DNA of 64,000 nucleotides, taken from Minisyncoccota bacterium. Its GTDB lineage: Bacteria; Patescibacteriota; Minisyncoccia; UBA6257. The stretch is taken from the NCBI GenBank assembly GCA_028694995.1, contig JAQVJU010000002.1:2046-66045 (forward strand), written 5' to 3'. The notes under the pieces are model-generated. The model worked only from the letters and a program-made list of their open reading frames with translations. It did not search any database and was not told the DNA's origin. Below, piece after piece: positions 37,393 to 47,914 of this stretch. Each line of letters starts with the position of its first letter. Positions within the stretch are counted from its first letter, which is position 1. The position numbers and the translations under genes are program-made.

Positions 37393-37803
37393 ATGAAGCA
37401 TTTAAAAAAAGGAAGAAAATTTCATCGTGAAAGAGATCAAAGAAAAGCGCTTTTAAAAAGTTTGGCGGCTAATTTGATATTGCATGAAAAGATAAAAACC
37501 ACTTTAGAAAAAGCTAAAGAAACTAAAATTACTGTTGAAAAATTAATAACCATAGCTAAAAAACAAGATTTAGCTGCTTTAAGAAATGTTAAAAAAAAGC
37601 TTCCAGAAAAAGCAGCGAATAAGCTTTATTATGAGATAGCTCCTTTATTTGCAAAAAGAAAAGGTGGTTATACAAGAATTATTAAAACATCTGAAAGAAG
37701 AGTTAGGGATGCTGTTCCTTTGGTTATTTTAGAATTTGTAGATAAACCTGTTTTGGAAAAGGCTGAGACAAAGCAAACAGAATTAGAAAAACAACAAAAA
37801 TAA
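37393..37803 (+). CDS. rplQ: 50S ribosomal protein L17
   Basis: Motif HRERDQRKALLKSLAANLILHEKIKTT. Confidence 0.9.
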   Translation: MKHLKKGRKFHRERDQRKALLKSLAANLILHEKIKTTLEKAKETKITVEKLITIAKKQDLAALRNVKKKLPEKAANKLYYEIAPLFAKRKGGYTRIIKTSERRVRDAVPLVILEFVDKPVLEKAETKQTELEKQQK

Positions 37804-37812
37804 ACCTTAATA

Positions 37813-38172
37813 ATGGAAAAACAAAATCATAAAATTGTTATTAATGCTGAAGGTCAATCTTTAGGGCGCTTAGCCTCACAAATAGCTGTATATCTCCAAG
37901 ACAAGCATAAACCAGAATATGCTCCTAATAAACCAGGGGAGACAGTTGTTATCATAGAGAATTTAGATAAGATAAAACCTTTTAGAGAATCAAAATCCAA
38001 AACCAAGATTTATTACAAACACACAGGATATTTAGGTCATTTAAAACAAATTAGTTTAGAAGATTTATGGGTCAAAGATCCTAAGAAAGTTTTATCCATG
38101 GCGGTAAAAGGAATGTTGCCTAAAAACAAACTTAGAGATAAAAGATTAAAGAGATTAATTATTCAAAATTAA
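37813..38172 (+). CDS. rplM: 50S ribosomal protein L13
   Basis: L13 pattern (LGRLASQIA..L.....PEY.P). Confidence 0.85.
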   Translation: MEKQNHKIVINAEGQSLGRLASQIAVYLQDKHKPEYAPNKPGETVVIIENLDKIKPFRESKSKTKIYYKHTGYLGHLKQISLEDLWVKDPKKVLSMAVKGMLPKNKLRDKRLKRLIIQN

Positions 38173-38186
38173 AAATTAAGTAAGTT

Positions 38187-38675
38187 ATGGCAGAAAAAAA
38201 GACAAAAAAAACAACAGTTAAAAAGGAAACAAAAAAACCTGAGAAGACAGAAACTATAGCCAAACAAGAAAAACCCACAACCAAGTCAAAATATATTGAG
38301 GCGGTTGGCAGAAGAAAAGAAGCTGTTGCCCGAGTAAGGCTTTATAAAGATAAGCCAGGTTTTATCATTAATGAAAAAACAATAAATGAATATTTTCCTT
38401 TAGAAAAATATCGTAAACAAGTATTAGATCCTTTACGATTAGCTGAGATGGAAAATACCTTTTTAGTTTCCGTAAAGGTTAAAGGCGGAGGTATGACTGG
38501 TCAAGCTGAAGCAATAAGATTAGGTATTAGCCGTTGTCTAGTAAAGATAGATGAACAAAAATTCAAGCCAATGTTAAGAAAAAAAGAATTCTTAACGAGA
38601 AATTCCCGAGTAGTGGAAAGAAAGAAATTTGGATTGAAAAAAGCCAGAAAAAGACCTCAATGGTCAAAACGTTAA
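38187..38675 (+). CDS. rpsI: 30S ribosomal protein S9 with K-rich N-terminal extension
   Basis: Motif GRRKEAVARVRL and the C-terminus KRPQWSKR. Confidence 0.85.
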   Translation: MAEKKTKKTTVKKETKKPEKTETIAKQEKPTTKSKYIEAVGRRKEAVARVRLYKDKPGFIINEKTINEYFPLEKYRKQVLDPLRLAEMENTFLVSVKVKGGGMTGQAEAIRLGISRCLVKIDEQKFKPMLRKKEFLTRNSRVVERKKFGLKKARKRPQWSKR

Positions 38676-38738
38676 TTGACTTATTAGGTAAATTATGGTA
38701 AATTAAAAACACTCTTAATTAAGAGTGTTTTTAGAACA

Positions 38739-38963
38739 TTGAAAATTAAAAGGAGAGTAATGATGGAAATATCAAAGAAAGGGAAAGAAGCTTTAAGGAA
38801 TTTTATTTTAAAAGGTAATATTTCTGAAGAAGAAAAAGAAAGTATTGAAAAGGCAATTGCGGGAGAATTGAAAGGGGAAAGATATATCTTAATAATAAGA
38901 AAAGAAAGAGGAGGTTTTTATGGTATAGATATTGAGGGAAATATTATTAATGAAAGATTTTAA
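38739..38963 (+). CDS. Small hypothetical protein
   Basis: ORF with a strong RBS AAAAGGAGAG. The true start is probably the ATGATG at about 38760. Confidence 0.3.
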   Translation: MKIKRRVMMEISKKGKEALRNFILKGNISEEEKESIEKAIAGELKGERYILIIRKERGGFYGIDIEGNIINERF

Positions 38964-38980
38964 AGGAGGTTTGATTTGAA

Positions 38981-39238
38981 ATGAAAATAAAAGAAAAAGA
39001 CAAAAAAAGGAGTGCTTTAATTGAAAGGTATATAAAAGCCTTTGTTAAGAGGCAATACCCCTTCTTAAAAAACAAGGATACAAAAGCAAAAGCTAAAGAA
39101 CTTTTTATTGGATTTGAAAATATTAGGATTATTAAAGATAAGACTTTTGTAACCCTAAGGTTGCCAGAAGGAATAAGAGTGATATTAGATGCAAAAGGAA
39201 ACTTTCGCGATGATGATGGTTTTGGTTTTAATGATTAA
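38981..39238 (+). CDS. Small hypothetical protein
   Basis: ORF with RBS AAAGGAGGT 8 nt upstream. Confidence 0.3.
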   Translation: MKIKEKDKKRSALIERYIKAFVKRQYPFLKNKDTKAKAKELFIGFENIRIIKDKTFVTLRLPEGIRVILDAKGNFRDDDGFGFND

Positions 39239-39397
39239 TCTATACTAACTTAAACAAAGGAGGTTGAGAAGATGGAGCGCACTGTTATAGCTTGGTTAAT
39301 TTCTTTTTTTATTATTTTGTTCCTGCATTACATTTAATAACATAAAGCCGTTAATTATAACATTAACGGCTTTTTTATTATTTATTTAAATATTTAA

Positions 39398-40744
39398 TTA
39401 AATACTAACTTTTATTACTCCTTGGTCAGAAAGGTAAAAAACATAGTTAATAGTGGGGTCATAAAAGAAATTGTCATTTTTAATATTAGCGCTGATAGGC
39501 CAGATTTTGTTTTCTTTTATAAAGAAGGTATTTAAAGTTTTATCTTTTTGAAAAAGAAGATAATCATTGTTTAAAAACCATTGGGCTGGAATATCAGCAA
39601 ACAGTTTTGTTGCATATTTTATTTCCTGTTCTGTATTATAAATTTCTATTTCATCTTTCAAATTCAATAAAATCTCTTTTTCATCTAGAGAAAAAGATGC
39701 GTCTAAGAGGTTTTCCCCTATAATCACAGGGATGTTTTCAGGGGGTTTAAGATAAGAAGCTTTTTTAGAGCTTTCAATGATTAAAAATTCTTCTTGGTTT
39801 TTTCTTTTTTTAATTTTTGTTTGTTCTAAATCTTGGCTTTCAAAACTAAACAAGGATATTTGTTGTTCTTGTTTTGTTTGTAAAGAAGTTTTAGTTAAGA
39901 CGCCATTTTCTTTTAGGAAATATATAGATGATTCTTCTAGTAGAAAAGGGGAAACAGGACCATCATGTATTTTTTCAATTTCTCTGTTAAGGAATTCTAA
40001 GAGATAAAGAGCGTCTTCTGTTCTGATAACTAAATAATTATCATCTTGAGGATAAAAGTCAGCTTGGATAATTTCTCTTGAAAGAGTGTTTGTTTTAAAG
40101 TCAGAATTGTTAAGCGCTTGCTTAAAAGCATCAGTTAAGGAAATGCTGGTTTGAATCAGGCTTTTGGGCAGAAATACGATTTGCCAATTGTTTTTTCCTA
40201 AATTAACTAACATGGTTTTCTTAAGAGAAAAAACAACTTCTTCAGGTAGAGTTGAAGTTTTCCAGAAAAGTTCTTTTTCTGAAGAATTACGGATAAAAAG
40301 ATACCAAAGATAATCTGAGTCTTTTTCTATAAAAACTATGCGGTTAGAATCCAGGGTTAAGTAAAAATTCTCAATTGTATTTGAGTTTATTATATTTTCT
40401 TCTTGCCAATTATTAGGGAAAAGAAAAAGACTGCCTAGGTCTAAGGTTTTTCCTGGTTCAATATTGATTTCTTCTTCAATAAAAGAATATTCAGGCAGGG
40501 AGATTAATAATTTTTGTTTTCCAGAGGAAAGATTAATATCAAAAATACCTCTGGAATCTTGATAGGTTTTGTTATTAATCTTAACAATAGATTCTAAAGG
40601 ATGGACTTTAAATCTTAAGGTTCCTTTGGTTTGATTATTGGCTTGGAAATGAGAAAGAGTAAAAAATACACCCAGGCCTAAAATGATAATGATTGATAAA
40701 CAAATCAAAAACTTTTTCATATTTGTATTATACCTGAATTTCAT
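39398..40744 (-). CDS. Hypothetical secreted/membrane-anchored protein (N-terminal TM)
   Basis: ORF divergent from ftsW. No motif recognised. Confidence 0.4.
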   Translation of the reverse strand: MKFRYNTNMKKFLICLSIIIILGLGVFFTLSHFQANNQTKGTLRFKVHPLESIVKINNKTYQDSRGIFDINLSSGKQKLLISLPEYSFIEEEINIEPGKTLDLGSLFLFPNNWQEENIINSNTIENFYLTLDSNRIVFIEKDSDYLWYLFIRNSSEKELFWKTSTLPEEVVFSLKKTMLVNLGKNNWQIVFLPKSLIQTSISLTDAFKQALNNSDFKTNTLSREIIQADFYPQDDNYLVIRTEDALYLLEFLNREIEKIHDGPVSPFLLEESSIYFLKENGVLTKTSLQTKQEQQISLFSFESQDLEQTKIKKRKNQEEFLIIESSKKASYLKPPENIPVIIGENLLDASFSLDEKEILLNLKDEIEIYNTEQEIKYATKLFADIPAQWFLNNDYLLFQKDKTLNTFFIKENKIWPISANIKNDNFFYDPTINYVFYLSDQGVIKVSI

Positions 40745-40780
40745 TTGAGATTCAAAGGAATATACTATAAAATTAAGATA

Positions 40781-41896
40781 ATGGCTAAGCTTTCTTATAG
40801 ATTAAACCAATCTTTGATTTCTACTAGTTTCCTTATCTTAATTTTAGGGTTGATTGCTTTGATTAGCGCTTCAGCAGTGATTGGAGAACAAAAATATGGT
40901 GATGTTTATTATTTTGTAAAAAGACAGCTTTTTTTTGGTGTTTTTTTAGGTTTGATAGCTTTTTGGATTGTTTCAAAGATAGATTATCATGTTTGGAAAA
41001 AGTATTCATTTATTCTTTTGATTATTAATATTGTGCTTTTGCTTCTTTGTTTTGTGCCTGCTTTTCAATCTTCTTCTGGAGTTGCAGCTCGTCGTTGGTT
41101 AGCCATAGGGCCTTTGTCTTTTCAGCCTTCAGAATTATTGAAAATCACCTATATTCTCTTTTTAGCCAGTATTTTAAGCAAGGCTTCTTTTAAACAAAGA
41201 AAAAGAATATTTGGTTTTCCTTTTCTTTGTTTTTTAACCAGTTTAGGAGTAGTAGGGTTAATAATTTTAAAACAACCAGCCACGGGTAGTTTAATCGTTC
41301 TTGGTTTATCTAGCTTAGCCGTGTATTTAACTGCTGGAATTAATTTTACTCAATTATTAACAGTGGTTTTATTAGGCGGCTTAACTTTGTATTATTTCAT
41401 TTTTGCTAATGAATCATCTTATCGTTTAGATAGATTTAAAACTTTTCTTTCATCTCATGCAGATCCATTAGGCAAAGGATATCATATAACCCAGTCTTTA
41501 TTAGGTATTGGTTCAGGAGGATTGTTAGGCATTGGTTTTGGCAAATCCATTCAAAAATTCAATTACCTTCCAGAAAGTCATACTGATGCGATTTTTTCCA
41601 TTATTGCAGAGGAATTTGGTTTTTTAGGCTCAGTGGTTATTATTGTTCTTTTTTTGATTTTAATTTTAATTGGATTTAGAATAGCTAGTAGAGCCGCTGA
41701 TGAATTTGGTAAATTCTTAGCCATTGGATTAATTTGTAATATTGGTTTCCAGGCGTTTATTAATATTGGCGCTATGTGTGGGGTGGTGCCGATGACAGGA
41801 ATTCCTTTGCCTTTTATTAGCTATGGTGGCTCTTCATTGATTATTAATTTAATAACCATAGGAATGTTAAGTAGTATAGCCAAACGCGCACGATAA
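40781..41896 (+). CDS. ftsW: SEDS-family peptidoglycan glycosyltransferase FtsW/RodA
   Basis: 10-TM SEDS layout. Conserved C-terminal loop GMCGVVPMTGIPLPFISYGGSS. Confidence 0.8.
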   Translation: MAKLSYRLNQSLISTSFLILILGLIALISASAVIGEQKYGDVYYFVKRQLFFGVFLGLIAFWIVSKIDYHVWKKYSFILLIINIVLLLLCFVPAFQSSSGVAARRWLAIGPLSFQPSELLKITYILFLASILSKASFKQRKRIFGFPFLCFLTSLGVVGLIILKQPATGSLIVLGLSSLAVYLTAGINFTQLLTVVLLGGLTLYYFIFANESSYRLDRFKTFLSSHADPLGKGYHITQSLLGIGSGGLLGIGFGKSIQKFNYLPESHTDAIFSIIAEEFGFLGSVVIIVLFLILILIGFRIASRAADEFGKFLAIGLICNIGFQAFINIGAMCGVVPMTGIPLPFISYGGSSLIINLITIGMLSSIAKRAR

Positions 41897-41915
41897 TAAA
41901 TTTAAAATTATATAT

Positions 41916-43145
41916 ATGAGAGATATTTCTTTTTTAAGACCAAAAACAAGTGAAAAAACAATACGTTTAATGCTTACTGGTGGAGGCTCAGGCGGTCATA
42001 CTTTTCCTTTGATAGCTGTGGCCAGGGAATTTAAAAAAATAGCTCAAGAGAGAAATCTTTCTTTTGAACTTTTCTACATTGGGCCTGATGATTTTACCTT
42101 GCCCTATGTTTTAAAAGAGCAGGGGATTGAGGTAAAAACTATCTTGGCTGGTAAGTTTAATAATTTAGATAATTCTAGAAACAAGTTTTTTGGCTTGTTG
42201 AATATCTTTATTAATTTTTTTAAAACTCTAGGCGGTATTTTCCAATCTCTTTTTTATACTTATACGATTATGCCTGATGCTATTTTCTCAAAAGGGGGTT
42301 ATGGTTCTTTTCCTGTGATTTTTTGGGGCACAATTTTCTTTATCCCTATTTTTGTTCATGAAAGTGATGCCATTCCAGGTTTAGTCAATCATATAAGCGG
42401 CAGGTTTAGTCGGAAAGTTTTTGTTTCTTTTGAAGATACGAAAAAGTATTTTTCCCAAAAGAAAACTATTCTTACTGGCAATCCTATAAGAACAGAATTA
42501 TTGTCAGAAACAGATGAGGAAATTGATTTGAAAAATATTAAACAATCTTTAGGTTTGGATCCTGATAAGCCAGTGGTGACTATTATTGGCGGTTCTCAAG
42601 GATCTAAGCATATAAATGATTTGGTTTTAGATATTTTACCTAAGATAATAGATAAAGTTACAGTAATTCATCAAACAGGTAAAGCTAATTATGAAGCTAT
42701 TCAAAGGGAAGCTAATGTGGTTTTTCAAGAAATAGTAGGAGATAGGAGATATCAAGAATTTTATCATCCGATAGATTTTTTTGAAGAAAAAGATGAATCA
42801 GTTAATTTTTCATTAAAAGATGTTTATTTAATCAGTGATTTGATTATTGCCCGGGCTGGCAGTGGTTTGGTATTTGAAATAGCTGCCTTAGGCAAGCCAT
42901 CAATTTTAATTCCTTTGCCCTGGGCCAGTCGTAATCATCAAAAGAAAAATGCTTATGAATATGCGCAAACAGGAGCAGCAACAGTAGTTGAAGAAGAAAA
43001 CTTAACCACTAATGTATTTTCTGAATTGGTATTAAGAATTCTTTTTGATGATAATAAAAGACAAATGATGACTAAGGCAGCTTTAAAATTTGCCAAACCT
43101 CAAGCAGCTCATGATATTGCTCAATTGATTTTAACAACATTGTAA
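41916..43145 (+). CDS. murG: Lipid II synthase MurG (undecaprenyl-PP-MurNAc-pentapeptide-UDPGlcNAc GlcNAc transferase)
   Basis: N-terminal G-loop LTGGGSGGHTFP. GT28 C-terminal domain. Confidence 0.85.
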   Translation: MRDISFLRPKTSEKTIRLMLTGGGSGGHTFPLIAVAREFKKIAQERNLSFELFYIGPDDFTLPYVLKEQGIEVKTILAGKFNNLDNSRNKFFGLLNIFINFFKTLGGIFQSLFYTYTIMPDAIFSKGGYGSFPVIFWGTIFFIPIFVHESDAIPGLVNHISGRFSRKVFVSFEDTKKYFSQKKTILTGNPIRTELLSETDEEIDLKNIKQSLGLDPDKPVVTIIGGSQGSKHINDLVLDILPKIIDKVTVIHQTGKANYEAIQREANVVFQEIVGDRRYQEFYHPIDFFEEKDESVNFSLKDVYLISDLIIARAGSGLVFEIAALGKPSILIPLPWASRNHQKKNAYEYAQTGAATVVEEENLTTNVFSELVLRILFDDNKRQMMTKAALKFAKPQAAHDIAQLILTTL

Positions 43146-43190
43146 TCTTTACGGTCATTCTGTTATGTGGTAAAATAATTTTAAGATTTT

Positions 43191-44708
43191 TTGTATTTTA
43201 TTATGGATGACCCTAAGATATCACAATCATTATTTGGTCCACGAGTTCGTTTAGCGCCTAGTCCAACAGGGTGGTTTCATGTTGGTAATGCGAGAACAGG
43301 CTTGTTTAACTATTTATTTGCTAGAAAAAATGGAGGCAAGTTTATCTTGAGAATAGAAGATACAGATAAGGAAAGGTCAGAGAAGAAATATGAGAAAAAT
43401 ATCTTAGATGGATTAAAATGGTTAGGCATTGAATGGGATGAAGGTCCAGAAACACAAGGTTCTTTTGGGCCTTATCATCAAAGCGAGAGAACAGAGATTT
43501 ATAAAAAATACTTAGAACAACTTTTAAAAGAAGGCAAAGCTTACTATTGTTTTTGCACGCCTGAAGAATTAGAAGCTCAAAAAGCTGATATGATTGCTAG
43601 GGGCTTGCCTCCTAAGTATTCTGAAAAATGTCGGGATTTGCCAGAAAGTGTTATTAAGAAAAACCTAGCAGAAAAAAAACCAGCAGTGATAAGAATTAAA
43701 ATGCCTAATAAGGTGATAAAATTCACTGATCTTATTAGAGGTGAAGTTGAATTTGATTTAAATCTTATTGGCGATACTGTAATTGCTAAGAGTCTAATTG
43801 AGCCTTTGTATAATTTTGCTGTTGTAATTGATGATTATTTAATGAAAATAACGCATGTAATTCGCGGAGAAGACCATATTTCCAATACCCCTAAGCAAAT
43901 CACTATTCAGGAGTTATTAGGCCTTCCTATGCCCAATTACGCGCATTTACCTATGATTTTAGGCCCAGATAGGTCTAAATTAAGCAGCAGACATGGTGCA
44001 GTAAGCTTAATAGATTATCAAAAAAAAGGCTATTTACCAGAGGCTTTAGTTAATTTTTTAGCGTTTTTAGGCTGGCATCCTATAGGCGATAGGGAAATAT
44101 ATAGCATGGAAGAATTGATTGAGCTTTTTGATTTGGGTCGGGTTCAAAAAGGAGGCGCAGTGTTTAATATAAAAAGGCTAGATTGGTTTAATGCCCAACA
44201 TTTAAAATCATTAAACACTGATCAGTTATTTGATAAAATAGGGGAGTATATAAAGAATTTTTATCCTGATTCTAAGATAATAGAAGACAATTCCCCAGAA
44301 TATATAAAAAAGATAATTGAATTAGAGGCGCCGAGATTAACTAAATTAAGTGAATTTATTGATTTTTCAGATTTCTTTTTTAAAGAAAATCTTGTTTATT
44401 CAAAAGAACTTTTAAAATGGAAATCAATGGCAGATAAAGAAATCATTGTTTCCTTGAATGATTGTTTGAATATTTTAAAAGATATAAGTGAAAAAGATTT
44501 TAATCGGATTAATATTCAAATTAAGTTTTATAATTTTATAACAGAAAGTGATAATTATCAAAAAGATAAAGGAAAATTACTTTGGCCAATGAGAGTGGCT
44601 TTATCAGGTAAAAAAGCTTCACCAAGTCCATTTGAAATTGCAGAAATCTTAGGTAAGAAGAAAACAATTTTAAGAATTGAACAAGCCTTAAATCAAATAA
44701 AAACATGA
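43191..44708 (+). CDS. gltX: Glutamate--tRNA ligase
   Basis: Class I HIGH (PSPTGWFHVGNARTG) and KMSKS-like (KLSSRHG) motifs. Confidence 0.9.
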   Translation: MYFIMDDPKISQSLFGPRVRLAPSPTGWFHVGNARTGLFNYLFARKNGGKFILRIEDTDKERSEKKYEKNILDGLKWLGIEWDEGPETQGSFGPYHQSERTEIYKKYLEQLLKEGKAYYCFCTPEELEAQKADMIARGLPPKYSEKCRDLPESVIKKNLAEKKPAVIRIKMPNKVIKFTDLIRGEVEFDLNLIGDTVIAKSLIEPLYNFAVVIDDYLMKITHVIRGEDHISNTPKQITIQELLGLPMPNYAHLPMILGPDRSKLSSRHGAVSLIDYQKKGYLPEALVNFLAFLGWHPIGDREIYSMEELIELFDLGRVQKGGAVFNIKRLDWFNAQHLKSLNTDQLFDKIGEYIKNFYPDSKIIEDNSPEYIKKIIELEAPRLTKLSEFIDFSDFFFKENLVYSKELLKWKSMADKEIIVSLNDCLNILKDISEKDFNRINIQIKFYNFITESDNYQKDKGKLLWPMRVALSGKKASPSPFEIAEILGKKKTILRIEQALNQIKT

Positions 44709-45030
44709 ATAATATAGAGCAATTAACTCAGCTTTTGTTAGAGATAATTAAAGATATTGGTCATTTTGTTAATGAAACATTTATGACTGGGTTTGTTTCT
44801 AAGATTGTATTATTAATTGGAGGATTTTTAAAAACCATAGCTAGTTTTCTTATTGTTGGTTTAGAAGCAGTAATAAAGTTTTTAGAATATTTTGTAAAAT
44901 AAATTTGTTTTTATTTAAAAGACACATAATTTTAGGGGAGTAGCCTTGACAACGCATTTTAATGCGTTAATATAAATAGAGTATAGTTCGCATAATTTAA
45001 GTTAAGCGACTTGTAATATAATCTATAATT

Positions 45031-45990
45031 ATGAAAAGAAGCAATCAACCAATCCCCTCCTATTTAAATGATTTTTTAGATTGGTTAGAAATACAAAAAG
45101 GATTATCATCTAAGACACAAGAAAACTATGCAAGGTTTTTAAAAAAGTTTTTAGATTGGTTAAAAGAAAACAAGATGGAAGAGCTTAAACCTCATGAGCT
45201 ATCTTCTGATCATATATGGGATTATCGGGTTTTTCTATCTCGTCAATCTGTTAGTCATTTAGGTAGACCTCTTAAAAAATCCACCCAGAATTATTATTTG
45301 ATAGCTTTAAGGTCTTTATTAAATTTCTTTGCTGATAAAGATATTCTTTCATTACCAGCTGAGAAAATAGAATTAGCCAGAGATAAAGGAGATAAACAAA
45401 TAAGGTTCTTAGATTTAGAACAATTGGAAAGATTATTTTCTGCGCCTGATATTTCAAAAATTCAAGGATTAAGAGATAGAGCTATCTTAGAAATTTTCTT
45501 TTCAACAGGAATGCGTATTTCAGAATTAACTTCATTAAATCGTGAACAAATCAAAATCAAACCCAACATTACTGATTTAGAATTAAGTATTATTGGTAAA
45601 GGTGGCCGGATGAGAACTGTATATATCTCAGAAAGAGCTTTGTCTTGGTTAAAAAAATACTTAGATTTACGAGAAGATAAAGAAAAAGCTTTGTTTGTAA
45701 ATCATCAAATTAAAAAAGGTGTTCCAAAAAGATTAACTAATCGCTCTATAGAAAAATCAATGAAAAAGTATGTGATTATGGCTGGTTTACCTTTAAATAC
45801 TACGCCTCATGTTTTAAGACATTCTTTTAGCACTGATTTATTAGCTCAAGGTGTTGATATTAGAATTCTTCAAGAATTTTTAGGTCATAAGAATATTGCA
45901 GCTACTCAGATTTACGCTCATGTAACTAATAAGAAACTTAGAGAAATTCACCGGAAGTTTCATGGTGGTAGAAAACAAAAATTACTTTAA
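45031..45990 (+). CDS. Tyrosine site-specific recombinase (XerC/XerD/phage-integrase family)
   Basis: N-terminal SAM-like domain. Catalytic R...HxxR...Y (HVLRHSFSTDLL, IYAHV). Followed by the bidirectional terminator at 45998-46023. Confidence 0.8.
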   Translation: MKRSNQPIPSYLNDFLDWLEIQKGLSSKTQENYARFLKKFLDWLKENKMEELKPHELSSDHIWDYRVFLSRQSVSHLGRPLKKSTQNYYLIALRSLLNFFADKDILSLPAEKIELARDKGDKQIRFLDLEQLERLFSAPDISKIQGLRDRAILEIFFSTGMRISELTSLNREQIKIKPNITDLELSIIGKGGRMRTVYISERALSWLKKYLDLREDKEKALFVNHQIKKGVPKRLTNRSIEKSMKKYVIMAGLPLNTTPHVLRHSFSTDLLAQGVDIRILQEFLGHKNIAATQIYAHVTNKKLREIHRKFHGGRKQKLL

Positions 45991-45997
45991 AAGAAAA

Positions 45998-46023
45998 AAC
46001 CGGCTTGGATTAACCAGCCGGTT
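45998..46023. terminator. Bidirectional intrinsic terminator (A-tract - AACCGGCTTGG-ATTAA-CCAGCCGGTT - T-tract) between convergent genes
   Basis: GC-rich 10-bp stem flanked by A and T tracts. Confidence 0.65.
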
Positions 46024-46028
46024 ATTAT

Positions 46029-46334
46029 TTAATATTCGTTATATCCTCCTTTTTGTATAATTTCTTTGCTTTTTTTACCTTTTTCATTTCCACAAATATA
46101 AATCCTATAATTATTTCTTGCCTCCGGAGAAAGTTTTCCTCCTTCAGGAATATTCAAGTCTATATCATATATTTCCTTCATATCTCGAAAGGCTTTTTTC
46201 CAGGTTTTCTTAACTTTCTTTAAAATTTTCTGGAAAATAATTCGGTCTTCCTTTTTGTGGTAAGTGGATAAACTTAGATTTAGTTCTCCTGATTCTAAAT
46301 TCATCCACCCCTCTAGCCATATTAACCTTTTCAT
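46029..46334 (-). CDS. Small hypothetical protein
   Basis: ORF with RBS AAAGGAGGTAAAAG. Confidence 0.3.
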   Translation of the reverse strand: MKRLIWLEGWMNLESGELNLSLSTYHKKEDRIIFQKILKKVKKTWKKAFRDMKEIYDIDLNIPEGGKLSPEARNNYRIYICGNEKGKKSKEIIQKGGYNEY

Positions 46335-46346
46335 CTTTTACCTCCT

Positions 46347-46595
46347 TTATTTTTTATAAACTTGATAATCCGCACTAAAAGGCACAAAGGTAGACTCATA
46401 ATATCCCTTAGCCCTGTTATACTTCCTTGCAGCTATTTTCTTAGCTTGGGCTAAGGAGAACCCACCTTGCCAGATGTGATACTCATCATCAGGCTCGATC
46501 ACTATCAGGTGGTATACAAATGGCCATTTTCTACTCTGGCTTTTCCTTTCTGGAATCGAGAATAATTTCAATTGCTCTTGGAATTTAGAATCCAT
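46347..46595 (-). CDS. Small hypothetical protein
   Basis: ORF with a GAGG RBS. Co-oriented with the 46029 ORF. Confidence 0.3.
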   Translation of the reverse strand: MDSKFQEQLKLFSIPERKSQSRKWPFVYHLIVIEPDDEYHIWQGGFSLAQAKKIAARKYNRAKGYYESTFVPFSADYQVYKK

Positions 46596-46735
46596 TTGCT
46601 TTTCCTCTCTTTCTTTTTAAATTTTCAAAATACTGATATTATTATATCAGTTATAAAATATTTTGTCAATGGAAAGTAAATGGTAAATCAGTAAAAAATA
46701 TGATAAAATGTTTTAAGTAAAAGATTAATTCAAAT

Positions 46736-47911
46736 ATGAGAGTTAGTTATTCTAGTTTAGAAAACTTTAAACAGTGCCCTCTAAAGTATAAATATTCACA
46801 AATAGATAAATTAAAAGAGCCTAAAAGCAAAGAGGCTGTTTTTGGCACTTATATCCACAAAGTTCTTAAATGGTTTTATCAAAAAGACCCTCACTTCCCT
46901 ACTCTAGATGCTTTATTAGATTATTATAAAGAATCTTGGCCTAAAAAATCAGAAGGATTTGAATGGCAAGATCCAGAAGAAGAAAATTCATATTTTAAAG
47001 AAGGAATTAGAATCTTAGAAGAATATTATAAAACTAATATCCCCCACCAGACTTCTATCTTGGATTTGGAAACTAGGTTTGAGGTTACCATAGATGAAGA
47101 TCCAGACAAACCTAATAAAAAACACATTTTAACTGGTATTATTGACCGAATAGATAAATTACCTGATGGGAGAATGGAGATAATAGATTACAAGACTGGT
47201 AAACGAATTGCTTCTCAAAGAGAAACAGATTCTAGTGCCCAATTATCTTTGTATGCTATTGGAGTTAAAAATCGTTGGCCCAGAACAGATTTAAAAAATC
47301 TGTCTTTAAGTTTGTATTTTCTTAAATTTAATGAAAAGATTCAATCTCAAAGAACAGAAGAAGATTTAGAAAAAAGCAAAGAAGAAGTTATTAAAACAAT
47401 TCATAAGATAGAAAAAAGTAGTTTTGAACCCAGGCCATCGCCTTTATGTGGTTGGTGCGGTTATCGGAATATTTGTCCAATTTGGAAACACTTGTATGAA
47501 ATAGAAAATCAAATCAATGGAGAAAATGTTAAAGAAAAAATAGATGAATACTTTAAGCTCAAAGAAAAAAAAGAGAAAATAGAAGAAGAGCTTTGTAATT
47601 TAAAAAATTGCATAGAAGATTATAGCCATGAAAAAGGTCTAAAGAGAGTTTTTGGAGAAAATGGGTATTTTAGTCGTACGGTTCATAACAAAGTTTCATA
47701 CAATAAAAAACAATTAAAAGAAGTATTAGAGCCTTTAGGAAAATGGGAAGAAATCCTAGGCATAGACCAAAAAAGACTAGACAAGGTTTTAAAAGAAATC
47801 CCTCAAGAATTAAGAGATAAGGTAAAAGCAGCTGAGAAAATAGAAAAAAAATATAAATATCTCACTTCAAATAATGTAAGCAAGAAAGAATTAGAAGAAG
47901 AATTAGAATAA
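46736..47911 (+). CDS. PD-(D/E)XK nuclease superfamily protein, Cas4/RecB-like with predicted Fe-S cluster (1 N-terminal + 3 C-terminal Cys)
   Basis: Motifs GIIDRID, EIIDYKTGK and a Q..S.Y-like segment. N-terminal Cys in FKQCP plus C-terminal CGWCGYRNICP. Confidence 0.6.
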   Translation: MRVSYSSLENFKQCPLKYKYSQIDKLKEPKSKEAVFGTYIHKVLKWFYQKDPHFPTLDALLDYYKESWPKKSEGFEWQDPEEENSYFKEGIRILEEYYKTNIPHQTSILDLETRFEVTIDEDPDKPNKKHILTGIIDRIDKLPDGRMEIIDYKTGKRIASQRETDSSAQLSLYAIGVKNRWPRTDLKNLSLSLYFLKFNEKIQSQRTEEDLEKSKEEVIKTIHKIEKSSFEPRPSPLCGWCGYRNICPIWKHLYEIENQINGENVKEKIDEYFKLKEKKEKIEEELCNLKNCIEDYSHEKGLKRVFGENGYFSRTVHNKVSYNKKQLKEVLEPLGKWEEILGIDQKRLDKVLKEIPQELRDKVKAAEKIEKKYKYLTSNNVSKKELEEELE

Positions 47912-47914
47912 TTA

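Noticed and set aside
39273-39389. 38-codon hydrophobic sORF (MERTVIAWLILFLLFCSCITFNNIKPLIITLTAFLLFI) with a strong RBS AAGGAGGT after the 38981..39238 ORF
   Set aside because: The reading frame runs through the bidirectional terminator hairpin at 39347-39376 and stops only after the T-tract. A terminated transcript would lack the stop codon. It could still be a short membrane peptide if termination is leaky, but I cannot support it.
44903-45030. Possible attachment site or inverted repeat upstream of the recombinase gene (GCATTTTAATGC palindrome, TTGACA...TATAAT)
   Set aside because: This is only a short palindrome inside a plausible promoter. No matching direct repeat was found downstream of the putative island.
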